Positions 53,827 through 63,842 of a stretch of DNA of 64,000 bases are shown here, one piece after another; within the stretch, counting starts at the first letter, position 1; every line of letters starts with the position of its first letter. A model generated the notes under the pieces. It did not search any database and had not been told where the DNA came from. It saw only the letters and a list, made by a program, of their open reading frames with translations. This stretch comes from Candidatus Poribacteria bacterium (GTDB lineage Bacteria > Poribacteria > WGA-4E > WGA-3G), in contig CBDANF010000003.1 in assembly GCA_965197475.1 (NCBI GenBank), forward strand, positions 2,496,001 to 2,560,000, written 5' to 3'. The position numbers were made by a program, and so were the translations under genes.

Positions 53827-55620
53827 TTATAGAATTCTGTAGTAGTCCCTTATCTTCGTAGCCATGAGTTTTCTACGTTCTTCCAAAAACTTTGGGTAGT
53901 TCTCAAAAGTTACTGTTTCCATACCAAGGGGAATACAGTGTTCATCATAGTTGGTTTGCAACTCTTCGGAATCATCTATTCTTCCGTAAGTGGATTCACC
54001 GGTTTCACATCCATTGTGCAACGTTGAAAAGTATGTTGCAGGTGGCTTGTTTCCAATTGCAATGTTAATCTCTTGCTGCATCATCACCAAGTTTGCTATC
54101 TGATTGTAATCCTTAGGAGCAAAATTATGACTTTGTAGATAGCTACGTGGAAAAATATGGTGAATGTCTTTTTGTCCTTCAAGCAAGGTCCGGACTGTAA
54201 TGTCCCGAGAAAGAAAACCTTTGTTATTTTCTTTTACTTGACTAGCTAGAAAAACATTAAAATAAGGACTCTTTGTACTTGAAGTTTCCATCTGTTGCGG
54301 TAGTGCCACATTCCAGAAAGTATCTGAGAGATTTGCTTGATCTATGATATTGAGATACTCTTTTGCTCCACGGTTGATGATACTCCGAATATCTTCATCA
54401 AATGCAGTTTCGGTGGTTCCAGTATATCTACTTGTCAATATTGACATCACAAACCATCGCTGTACCAATCCTTCAATTTCCTGGGGGGTTGTCCCATCCG
54501 CACGCAGCATCAAATATAACCCATAAGCGAAATTTACAGTATTCACTGAGTTAATCATTGAACTATCTACAAATCCTGCTGATTCCAATATCATTACGAA
54601 ACGCTTAAAGTCAACTCCGTTAATATAGCGAATAAGTCCATCTTCAAGCCGAGAAAAAGAATTCTCAGCAATTTCATCCTCAAAGGTTCGTGTTTCAAAA
54701 TTTCGACCAGATAGTAACGCGACCAAGTCCCTTAAGCGTCCACGCTTGAACCCTATCATAAAAATTACTCGAAGCAGATCGGTATAAGAAGGTCTGTAGA
54801 GATCATTTCTCCAATTCTCAAGCCATTTCATTTTCGTGAAATATTTGGTATGAACGAAATCTGAGTTGGCAGCTAACTTACTGTATGCCCCTGGTGAGGA
54901 TACCAAATAACAAAAATAGTCAATACACTTGCGATGTAGGTGCCCACCATACTTTTCTGCAGAGGCAATCTTGGACATTGCAAAGTCTGATGCATTCAGT
55001 GTAACTCCTTTAGAATTAATACGAACAAATATATCTGTCACCGTTTCTACATCCAATTCCGATTGCAATTCAACAACCCCAAGGCTATTACCCCGGATTT
55101 TTTGCAGGCGATCAATACAATTGAAAACTTCGTCTCTATCTATCCCATCATTATCCTTACAGTACTCCTCTAAGTAGTGAAGAATTTTAAAGTTTGAATC
55201 AAACAGAACTGAAATATCAGAAATCCATCCTTCATCCTTTTTGATAACAGGGTTGGATACTTCAAAACGTTCCTCAATTGGATAAAATGCAATAACAATT
55301 CGCTCTTGCTTGTAATTTTTTTTTCACAACCTTTTCCCTAGTAATGCTGCCTCAAGGGAAATAACGCGCTGCTGACCGTCAATCAAGATTCGCTGACCAA
55401 TTGATTGTGTTCCATCTTTGAGGCGAACATCCGGAGCTTTCCACGTTATAAGATATCCAACAGGATATCCCCGGTACAGAGAATCAATAAAATCGCGCAC
55501 CTTTGTAGCCTGCCAAACAAAAGGTCTTTGGATTTCAGGTATTGCAATTTCTTTGGTCTGAATCCAATTTAACAAGTTTCCTACAGAGTAATCGTTTACA
55601 GAATATTGCTGATCTGGCAT
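53827..55620 (-). pseudogene. GmrSD-like (DUF262 plus C-terminal HNH/DUF1524) type IV restriction nuclease with an in-frame TGA at 55324-55326
   Basis: [26 protein letters not shown] and DIHHIFP...IANL motifs; both ORFs and the gap between them are in one frame. Confidence 0.85.
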
Positions 55621-55735
55621 CTTCTTCCTCACTTATAGTTTGTATCAAATGACCCCATGAGTTATACTATTAGTATTCGTTAAACTAACGAGTAGATGTC
55701 CTCGGATCCCCGATAATCTATTCATGGAGGTCAAT

Positions 55736-56536
55736 ATGAACCGCAAGAAGGATACCGCTTACGGTATCACTCGGCTCGAATCCAAGAATGCCAGAGCCGC
55801 GATTATTCAGAAGATTTCAGCAGACTTTAATCTAATGCCTCTCGTTGCTGAAGCCTACTATAAACAGATTTCCACCTACTTTGAACAACACGCCGATGTG
55901 CACCTGACATCAGGGCAAATCTGCTACGAGGCAGTCGCCGCAGAGGAACCCGCAGGTAAACATATCGCTTTAGCGAAAAAAGTTTCCTGTCGGCTAACTC
56001 TCAATGACACAAACGCCGATCTTGAAGTCTTAGCGAATTATGGTCTCGCAGGACTCAGACGGCATCGGATCCTCCGATTGACCCAAGAAGCTTATGACCA
56101 AGATGCCTTACTGAGCTACGAGGATTTAGCTGTATTATTAACCACCAGTCCTGCTACAGTCAAACGCGACATTCGACACTTGAAGCAGGATGGGTATTTC
56201 GTTATGACGCGCGGGACGAAACACGACATGGGCCCCGGCACTTCTCATAAAACCCAGGTCCTGGAGTTATATTTCAAAGCCTATACCTTCACCGAAATCG
56301 AGAAAAAGACGAACCACAGCGAACGAGCTGTCTACCGCTACTTGAAAGACTTTACACAAGTCGCTACGCTCCATCATCAAGGCTTTCCTAACGCACAGAT
56401 ACGCCTGATCACCCATCTATCTGACCGGTTGATCCGCGAGTATCTCTCACTCTATGAGGAATACCAACACACAGATCGCATGACCCAACTCCTTCACCCA
56501 GAACCTGAGGACACAAAAAAGGGGGACCTCTCATGA
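55736..56536 (+). CDS. DUF1670-like protein A
   Basis: RLTQEAYDQDALLSYEDLAVLL...TRGTKHDMGPGTSHK...HSERAVYRYLKDF; GGAGG RBS. Confidence 0.8.
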   Translation: MNRKKDTAYGITRLESKNARAAIIQKISADFNLMPLVAEAYYKQISTYFEQHADVHLTSGQICYEAVAAEEPAGKHIALAKKVSCRLTLNDTNADLEVLANYGLAGLRRHRILRLTQEAYDQDALLSYEDLAVLLTTSPATVKRDIRHLKQDGYFVMTRGTKHDMGPGTSHKTQVLELYFKAYTFTEIEKKTNHSERAVYRYLKDFTQVATLHHQGFPNAQIRLITHLSDRLIREYLSLYEEYQHTDRMTQLLHPEPEDTKKGDLS

Positions 56537-57417
56537 GCAAACCTCTAACCCGCACGCAAATCAACGAGAAGAAATTCAGACGCATCAACGATAAGTCCCT
56601 ACGACAGTTGCTCATTCACCGCTTTCTCAATGACTATGGTTATGACAAAGGCGAAGTCACTGCCACCGCCATTGTTGATGATATTCTTAAGACCGTTGAA
56701 GACTATTTCGTGATTACCCTTCCTTTGGAGAAACTCGCCACCGGCGATCAACTCCCGGATGAGCGTTTCTTGAGTTATGGACAACTCGTTTGGATGGCCG
56801 TCCCTATTGAAGAGCATCCAGAAAGAGGAAAGTCCATCGTCAAAACCCGCATGAAACCCGTCATCCTGACTTACCTCGCCGCAGAGGATATTGAATCCTT
56901 TCGCAACGGTTTCACCTCCCGGCAATTGCGGATCAATCGCTTGGTCCGCTGGTGTCATCAAGCTTATGACCAAGGGGCATTATTGACACAACTCGACTTG
57001 GCAGTTTTGCTCAATGTCTGCGATGCCGTTGTCTGTGATTATGTTAATGAATGGCAAAAAACCACTGGAGAACTCTTGCCCACCCGTGGCAATATCCATG
57101 ACTTATCGGGGGCTATTACCCATAAGAAAGAGATCATAACCCTCTATCTTCAAGGACATCTCACCCCCAGGATTGCCGCAAAGACCAAACACTCTAAGGA
57201 GGCAGTTGACCGATACATTCGCGATTATGAGAGCGTCAAAGTCGTTCGGAAAGCAACCGCAGATATTGATAAAATCTCACAGATTACACGACTTTCTAAA
57301 CGCGTCATCTCTCAATATCTCGACCTCATACCGCAGCACCAACTCCAAGCCATAGATGCAGACCTTGCCAATTCAGACTCAAACGATGAAGCCACTCACC
57401 AAGGAGAAGCCCAATGA
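56533..57417 (+). CDS. DUF1670-like protein B (paralog, ATGA-coupled)
   Basis: RWCHQAYDQGALLTQLDLAVLL...PTRGNIHDLSGAITHK...HSKEAVDRYIRDY. Confidence 0.8.
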   Translation: MSKPLTRTQINEKKFRRINDKSLRQLLIHRFLNDYGYDKGEVTATAIVDDILKTVEDYFVITLPLEKLATGDQLPDERFLSYGQLVWMAVPIEEHPERGKSIVKTRMKPVILTYLAAEDIESFRNGFTSRQLRINRLVRWCHQAYDQGALLTQLDLAVLLNVCDAVVCDYVNEWQKTTGELLPTRGNIHDLSGAITHKKEIITLYLQGHLTPRIAAKTKHSKEAVDRYIRDYESVKVVRKATADIDKISQITRLSKRVISQYLDLIPQHQLQAIDADLANSDSNDEATHQGEAQ

Positions 57418-57484
57418 GACCCTAATCCTATGTTCCCGACGAACTTTACTTCGCAAAACCGGGGCAGGTGCCTTGAAAATATGG

Positions 57485-57513
57485 TTGACAACCGCTACTG
57501 GTTTTGCTATACT
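57485..57513 (+). promoter_or_regulatory. Near-consensus sigma70 promoter inside the element, pointing at its right end
   Basis: TTGACA-N17-TATACT. Confidence 0.75.
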
Positions 57514-57644
57514 TTAGACACGTTTATCGCTAAACGCATCATTTCTCAAAGAGGATGCTCGCGATCCCAACGCAACCCACTCATCAACGATCGCTGGGAA
57601 GCCAATAAACATCAGCCTTCCAGCTATCCTATGGTCATTTGATA

Positions 57645-60600
57645 CTATTTCAGAATAAGCATTTTCCGTAAAAGGGATTTATTATCTGCTTGCAGTTGAT
57701 AGAAATAGATACCACTCCCGACACGTTCGCCAACAGCATTGGTGCCATCCCAATGTGCAGCACGACTCCGACTTGTATAGTAGCCTGCCCGCTGATGTCC
57801 GAGTTCTAAACGGCGGACGGCGACACCCCGCGCGTCGTAGATAGTAATCTGCACGTCGCTCGCTTTTGCTAAGTGATACGGTATCCACGTCTCTGGGTTG
57901 AATGGATTGGGATAGCTGGAGAGCAGGACTGTGGTAGTGGGAAGTGTTTGACTTGCCGGTGCTGCGTTGCCATCCTCTGCAGGAATCTCAATATCTATGG
58001 TTAGACCCGGATTGTTCGCCTGCATCCTGCGGAGCGGTGCGTAATCTGAAATAGAATTCCCACTGAGCCTTAACGTTGTCAGCGCAGTCAACTCTTCGAG
58101 TGTTGATATATCGCTGATGTCGTTACGGGACAGATCGAGTTTTATCAGTGAAGTCAACTCTTCAAGTGCCGATATATCCCTGATGCCGTTACCGTAAAGA
58201 TCGATCGTTTCCAGTGCTGTCAACTCTTCAAGTGGCGATATATCACTGATGCGGTTAGAGGACATATAGAGCCGTGTCAACGCAGTCAACTCTTCAAGTG
58301 CCGATATATCGCTGATGCGGTTAGAGGGCAGACCGAGCGTTGTCAGCGCAGTCAACTCTTCAAGTGCCGATATATCGCTAATGCTGTTAGAGGACAGAAT
58401 CAACTGTGTGAGATTGGTCAACTCTTCAAGTGCCGATATATCGCTGATACGGTTAGAGGACAGAGAAAGCGTTTCCAGTGAAGTCAACTCTTCAAGTGCC
58501 GATATATCGCTAATGCTGTTATTTCTCAAAGAGAGCTGTGTCAGCGCAGTCAACTCTTCAAGTGCCGATATATCGCTAATGCTGTTAACGGACAAAGAGA
58601 GCGTTGTCAACGCAGTCAACTCTTCAAGTGCCGATATATCGCTAATGCTGTTAACGGATAGATCGAGGTATGTCAGATTGGTCAATTCTTCAAGTGTTGA
58701 TATATCGCTGATACGGTTAGAGGACAGATTGAGCGTTGTCAGTGCTGTCAACTCTTCAAGTGCCGATATATCACTAATGCTGTTAGAGGACAGATTGAGC
58801 GTTGTCAGTGCTGTCAGGTCTTCAAGTGCCGATATATCGCTGATGCTATTATTGTTTAGAACGAGCGTTGTCAACGCAGTCAACTCTTCAAGTGCCGATA
58901 TATCGCTGATGCGGTTAACGGACAGCCAGAGCGTTGTCAGTGCGGTGAGTCCATCAAAATCACCGTCTTGCAGTGTTGTGATTTGTCTATATCCAAGATC
59001 AAGCGCAGTAATCGCGGCAAGATGTGCCGCTGTCACATCATCCGCGGAGTTAATCCCTGGCACTGCTCGGACAATAGCATCGCGTACCTGTTGCGTGCGG
59101 TCACTGACCGGGGTCACATTCTCGTTTACATCTTTGACGTTAATAGTGACGGTGGTAGTTGCGCTCCTCTTTTTCCCATCGGAGACAGTGATCTTCACCG
59201 TATAGGTTTTCTTCGTTTCATAATCCAGGGATGCTTTCGTTTTCAGTTGTCCGGTTGTTCTGTCAAGGCTAAACGAGTCCGCATCTGTGCCACTGGACGC
59301 GTATGTCAAGGTATCGCTGGTATCCGCATCTGTAGCATCGACTGGCGTGCCGATGTTTGTGTCCGCCGCCGTGTTTTCATCTATGGCGCGGGTTGTGCTT
59401 TCGCCATCCGTGAACACGGGTGCACTGTTTGTTACTTGCGGTGCCCTGCGGGTAGCAGTAACCGTCACGTCAACGCTCGCACTCCCCCCGTTGCCATCAG
59501 TAGCAGTGACGATGACTGAATAGTCAGATCGCGTATCGCTAATGAAAGCGGCAGTGGTTTGCAGCTGCCCTGTTGTGCTATCAATGTCAAACGATGCAGC
59601 GTCTGTGCCACCGAGCGTGTATGTCAAGGTGTCGTTGTCCGCATCTGTCGCAGACACAGGATCCCCGATATTTGTACCGGCGGTATCCCCATCTATTTCT
59701 ATGCTCCGGATGATATTACTTAGTAAGAACACGGGGGCACGATTCGGTGCAGCCACAGAAACAGAGATACTCTGTGTCGCTGTTAGCTTACCATCGCTCG
59801 CTGTCACGGTGACTGTCGTATTCCCTGCTCCTTCTGGCGTGATCGTCACAAGGGAGCCAGATACACTTGCGGTTGCTACACTAATATCATCCGAACTGGC
59901 GGTATAAGTGAGCGTGTCATCATCAGGATCCGAAAAGTTGCCAGATACATCCACACGCACAACTGAACCACCCGCTATCAACGTATAAGAAGAAATTGAA
60001 CCGACTGCCACAGGCGCACGATTCGGCGCAGCCACAGAAACAGAAATGCTTTGTGTTGCTGTTAACTTACCATCGCTTGCTGTCACGGTGATTGTTGCGT
60101 CCCCTGTTCCCTCTGGTGTGATCGTCACTAAAGAACCAGATACGCTTACGGTTGCCACACTGGTATCATCCAAGCTGGCGGTGTAGGTGAGCGTGTCATC
60201 ATCGGGATCCGAAAAGTTGCCGGCTACATCTATCTGCACGGAAGAATCCCCTGCTGTTAAGGTATCAGCTGAAATCGTGCCAACTGCCACTGGTGCACGA
60301 TTCGGCGCAGCCACAGAAACAGAAATGCTTTGTGTTGCTGTCAACTCACCATCACTCGCTGTTACCGTGATTGTAGCGTCTCCTGTTCCTTCTGGTGTAA
60401 TCGTCACTAACGCACTGGACACGCTCACGGTTGCTACACTGGTGTCATCTGAACTCGCGGTATAGGTGAGCGTGTTATCATCGGGATCCGAAAAGTTGCC
60501 GGCTACATCCACGCGCACAAGTGAACCACCCGCCACCAACGAATAAGACGAAATTGTGGCGATTGGCACAGGCGCACGATTCGCCGCAGCCACAGAAACA

Positions 60601-63600
60601 GAGGTGCTTTGTGTTGCTGTCAACTCTCCATCGCTCGCTGTTACCGTGATTGTTGCGTTCCCTGCTCCCTCTGGCGTGATCGTCACTAAAGAACCGGATA
60701 CACTCACGGTTGCCACACTCGTATCATCCGAGATCGCACCATAACTGAGGTTATCATTGTCAGGGTCTTCAAAGTTGCCAGATACATCTACGCGCACAAC
60801 TGAGCCACCTGCCACCAACGAATAAGATGAAATCGTGCCGACTGCCACTGGCGCACGATTCGCCGCAGCCACAGAAACCGAGATACTCTGTGTCGCAGTC
60901 AACTCGCCATCGCTTGCTGTCACGGTGATTGTTGCGTCTCCTGCTCCCTCTGGCGTGATCGTCACTAAGGCACCAGACACGCTCACGGTTGCCACACTCG
61001 TATCATCCGAGATCGCACCATAACTGAGGCTATCATTGTCAGGGTCTTCAAAGTTGCCGGACACATCCACGCGCACAACAGAACCACCCGCCATCAACGT
61101 ATAAGATGAAATCGTGCCAACTACCACAGGCGCACGATTCGCCGCAACCACCGAAACCGAGATACTCTGCGTTGCCGTCAACTCGCCATCACTCGCTATC
61201 ACTGTCACGCTTGCATTCCCCACACCCACCGGTGTGATTGTTACTAAGGTATCAGCCATACTCACGGTTGCGATATCGGTATCACTGGAGCTCACTGTAT
61301 AGGTGAGTGTGTCATCATCAGGATCTCGGAAATTGCTGGATACATCTATTTGTTCTGAAGAACCTTCAGATACCAGTGTACGGGACGAAATCGTACCAAT
61401 TGCCACAGGCGCACGATTCGCCGCAACCACCGAAACCGAGATACTCTGCGTTGCCGTCAACTTGCCATCGCTCGCTACAACGGTGATTGTCACACTTCCT
61501 GCCGCTACCGGGGTGATAGTGACTTGGGAACCAGACAGACTCGCTGCCGCAACATTCGTGTTATTCGAACTTACACTATAGCTGAGGTCGTCATCGTCTG
61601 GATCCTCAAAGCTGCCGGATACATCCACAACTACCGAATCCCCTGCTGTTGTTAGTGTTTGAGCGGAAATCGCTCCCACGGTGACGGGCGCACGATTGGC
61701 AACAGGCGCAGCGGTGACAGTGACGGAGATTGTCTGTGTTGCTGTCAACTTGCCATCGCTTGCCGTCACCGTCACGACAGCATTCCCTGCTCCCACTGGT
61801 GTCAGCGTAACTAAAGCATCAGCCACGCTCACTGTCGCTATATCTGTGTTTTCCGAACTTGCACTATAACTGAGGTCATCATTGTCAGGGTCTTGGAAGT
61901 TGGCAGACACATCTACAACGACCAATGAATCCCCCACCGTCAGCGTCCGATCAGAAATCGCCCCCACGGCGACAGGCGCACGATTCGGTGCAACCACTGA
62001 AACCGAGATAGTCTGCGTTGCTGTCAACTTGCCATCGCTCGCCATCACCGTCACGACAGCATTCCCTGCTCCCACTGGTGTCAGCGTAACTAAGGAATTA
62101 GACACACTCACAGATACAATACCCGTGTTATCCGAACTCGCACTATAACTGAGGTCATCATTGTCAGGGTCTTGGAAGTTGGCAGACACATCCACGCGCA
62201 CAGACACACCACCCGCTGTCAGCGTGCGAGGGGAAATCGCCCCAACGGCGACAGGCGCACGATTTGGCACAACCACTGAAACAGAGATAGTCTGCGTTGC
62301 TGTTAACACGCCGTCACTTGCTGTTACCGTCACAACAGCACTCCCCGCACTATACGGCGTAAGTGTTACTTGGGAACCGGATATACTCACTGTCACAATA
62401 TCTGTGTTATCCGAACTCACACTATAACTGAGGTCATCATTGTCAGGGTCTTGGAAGTTGCCGGACACATCTACAATCACGGATGCACCTGCCGCTGTGA
62501 GCGTCCGGGTAGAAATCGCACCTACTGTGACAGGTGCGCGATTAGCAACAGGTACAGCGGTGACAGTGACAGAGATTGTCTGTGTTGCTGTCAATACGCT
62601 ATCGCTCGCTGTCACCGTCACAATAGCACTGCCAGCACTGTGCGGGGTGATTGTGACCTCGGCACCAGTCACACTTACTGCTGCAACACTTGTGTCATCT
62701 GAACTCACACTATAACTAAGATTATCAGCGTCCGGATCCGAAAAGCTGGCGGATACATCCACAACCACGGATGCACCTGCCGCTGTTAGCGTGCGGCCGG
62801 AAATCGTCCCTACGGTGACGGGTGTCCGATTCGGCACAACTTGTGGTGGTTCGTCTATTTCAACATCAACATAATACATATTCGGAAGACTTGCAAGTGG
62901 GGAAGTGTCGGTAATCGGATTCCCCGTAAGTCGTAGCAATAGAAGTTTTTTTAGATTTATCAAAACGCTGATATCGCGGATTTGATTATGAGAAAGCCCT
63001 AAGACCTGCAGGTGTATCAATTTTGTAAGCGGCTTGATGTCGGTAATGAGATTGTTATCAATAAGTAGCAAAGCAAGTTTTGTCAAGTTTTCAAGCGGCT
63101 TGAGATTACGAATCTGATTTTTATGTAGCATTAATGTACGCAAATTTGTCGCATGTTCCAGTCCGGTGAGGTTAGTTATTCCAAGCGCAATTGCACTTAG
63201 TCTCGTTAGGCTTTGCATGGCATGTGGCGTGATGCGCACATTTACTCCTAAACCTAACGCTTCACGTACTACTGCTCGTAAATTCGCATCGGTGATAACA
63301 CTCGGTATCTCAATATCAACATCACTCAACTTCGGGAGGTTCACAAGTAGGGTCGTATCTGTAATCGGATTACCCGCGAGGCGTAGCCATTGAAGTTCTA
63401 CCAAGTTTTCCAAGGCACTTACATCGCTGATTTGATTTTGCGGAAGTCCTAAGAATTTTAGGTTGATCAACTGTTCAAGTGGACTGATGTCCGTAATTGG
63501 ATTGTTAGTAATATAGAGAAGCGTAAGATTTGTTAACTTTTCAAGGGGTTTAATATTCTGTATCTGATTTTCCCAAATTACTAACGATATGAGTTGTGTA

Positions 63601-63842
63601 GCGTGTTCTAAACCTGTGAGGTTCGTTATTTCTTGTTTTGGGACATAAAGACCTGTTAAGTTCAGCATCTGCTGTTGCGTAAGTGGTTCATCTGCGTCAA
63701 GCTTGAGTGCAGTTCGGACTACGGTTCTAAGATTCGCATCTGGCATCCAAGTAGATGCATCCTGAGCATTTGCAATGTTAATGGAACTAATCAGTGCGAA
63801 AATAATAATGACCGATAGTTTTGTAATATATTTTTTAAACAT
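57645..63842 (-). CDS. Giant secreted protein: two N-terminal internalin-like LRR blocks, ~11 Ig-like repeats, 2 cadherin-like repeats, ~14 LRRs and a C-terminal FlgD-Ig/sorting-like domain
   Basis: Signal peptide; WMPDANLR caps; NRAPV...FxDPDxDxLxY repeats of ~93 aa; 22-aa ISDISALEELT repeats; YPNPFNPETWIPY...GIYFYQL. Confidence 0.92.
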   Translation of the reverse strand: MFKKYITKLSVIIIFALISSINIANAQDASTWMPDANLRTVVRTALKLDADEPLTQQQMLNLTGLYVPKQEITNLTGLEHATQLISLVIWENQIQNIKPLEKLTNLTLLYITNNPITDISPLEQLINLKFLGLPQNQISDVSALENLVELQWLRLAGNPITDTTLLVNLPKLSDVDIEIPSVITDANLRAVVREALGLGVNVRITPHAMQSLTRLSAIALGITNLTGLEHATNLRTLMLHKNQIRNLKPLENLTKLALLLIDNNLITDIKPLTKLIHLQVLGLSHNQIRDISVLINLKKLLLLRLTGNPITDTSPLASLPNMYYVDVEIDEPPQVVPNRTPVTVGTISGRTLTAAGASVVVDVSASFSDPDADNLSYSVSSDDTSVAAVSVTGAEVTITPHSAGSAIVTVTASDSVLTATQTISVTVTAVPVANRAPVTVGAISTRTLTAAGASVIVDVSGNFQDPDNDDLSYSVSSDNTDIVTVSISGSQVTLTPYSAGSAVVTVTASDGVLTATQTISVSVVVPNRAPVAVGAISPRTLTAGGVSVRVDVSANFQDPDNDDLSYSASSDNTGIVSVSVSNSLVTLTPVGAGNAVVTVMASDGKLTATQTISVSVVAPNRAPVAVGAISDRTLTVGDSLVVVDVSANFQDPDNDDLSYSASSENTDIATVSVADALVTLTPVGAGNAVVTVTASDGKLTATQTISVTVTAAPVANRAPVTVGAISAQTLTTAGDSVVVDVSGSFEDPDDDDLSYSVSSNNTNVAAASLSGSQVTITPVAAGSVTITVVASDGKLTATQSISVSVVAANRAPVAIGTISSRTLVSEGSSEQIDVSSNFRDPDDDTLTYTVSSSDTDIATVSMADTLVTITPVGVGNASVTVIASDGELTATQSISVSVVAANRAPVVVGTISSYTLMAGGSVVRVDVSGNFEDPDNDSLSYGAISDDTSVATVSVSGALVTITPEGAGDATITVTASDGELTATQSISVSVAAANRAPVAVGTISSYSLVAGGSVVRVDVSGNFEDPDNDNLSYGAISDDTSVATVSVSGSLVTITPEGAGNATITVTASDGELTATQSTSVSVAAANRAPVPIATISSYSLVAGGSLVRVDVAGNFSDPDDNTLTYTASSDDTSVATVSVSSALVTITPEGTGDATITVTASDGELTATQSISVSVAAPNRAPVAVGTISADTLTAGDSSVQIDVAGNFSDPDDDTLTYTASLDDTSVATVSVSGSLVTITPEGTGDATITVTASDGKLTATQSISVSVAAPNRAPVAVGSISSYTLIAGGSVVRVDVSGNFSDPDDDTLTYTASSDDISVATASVSGSLVTITPEGAGNTTVTVTASDGKLTATQSISVSVAAPNRAPVFLLSNIIRSIEIDGDTAGTNIGDPVSATDADNDTLTYTLGGTDAASFDIDSTTGQLQTTAAFISDTRSDYSVIVTATDGNGGSASVDVTVTATRRAPQVTNSAPVFTDGESTTRAIDENTAADTNIGTPVDATDADTSDTLTYASSGTDADSFSLDRTTGQLKTKASLDYETKKTYTVKITVSDGKKRSATTTVTINVKDVNENVTPVSDRTQQVRDAIVRAVPGINSADDVTAAHLAAITALDLGYRQITTLQDGDFDGLTALTTLWLSVNRISDISALEELTALTTLVLNNNSISDISALEDLTALTTLNLSSNSISDISALEELTALTTLNLSSNRISDISTLEELTNLTYLDLSVNSISDISALEELTALTTLSLSVNSISDISALEELTALTQLSLRNNSISDISALEELTSLETLSLSSNRISDISALEELTNLTQLILSSNSISDISALEELTALTTLGLPSNRISDISALEELTALTRLYMSSNRISDISPLEELTALETIDLYGNGIRDISALEELTSLIKLDLSRNDISDISTLEELTALTTLRLSGNSISDYAPLRRMQANNPGLTIDIEIPAEDGNAAPASQTLPTTTVLLSSYPNPFNPETWIPYHLAKASDVQITIYDARGVAVRRLELGHQRAGYYTSRSRAAHWDGTNAVGERVGSGIYFYQLQADNKSLLRKMLILK

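Larger units (their letters stand above)
55642..57645 (+). mobile_element. 2.0-kb TIR-bounded element encoding two DUF1670-like proteins
   Basis: GTATCAAATGACC at 55642-55654 and its exact reverse complement GGTCATTTGATAC at 57633-57645; oriented opposite to the flanking genes. Confidence 0.75.

Noticed and set aside
13117-55326. Genome-wide TGA recoding or selenocysteine, suggested by two in-frame TGA stops
   Set aside because: TGA terminates normal genes here (e.g. 4393, 24627, 28700, 56536), neither site is a Cys-like catalytic position, and I saw no clear SECIS hairpin.
57430-57642. 70-aa ORF as a third gene of the element
   Set aside because: No RBS or recognisable motif, and it overlaps a consensus promoter, hairpins and the TIR.
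58315-62715. Series of plus-strand ORFs
   Set aside because: Antisense shadows of the repetitive giant gene.
58030-62850. Regular 66-bp and 279-bp repeats that could resemble a CRISPR array
   Set aside because: Periods are multiples of 3 and encode LRR and Ig-like repeats within one ORF; there are no unique spacers or cas genes.
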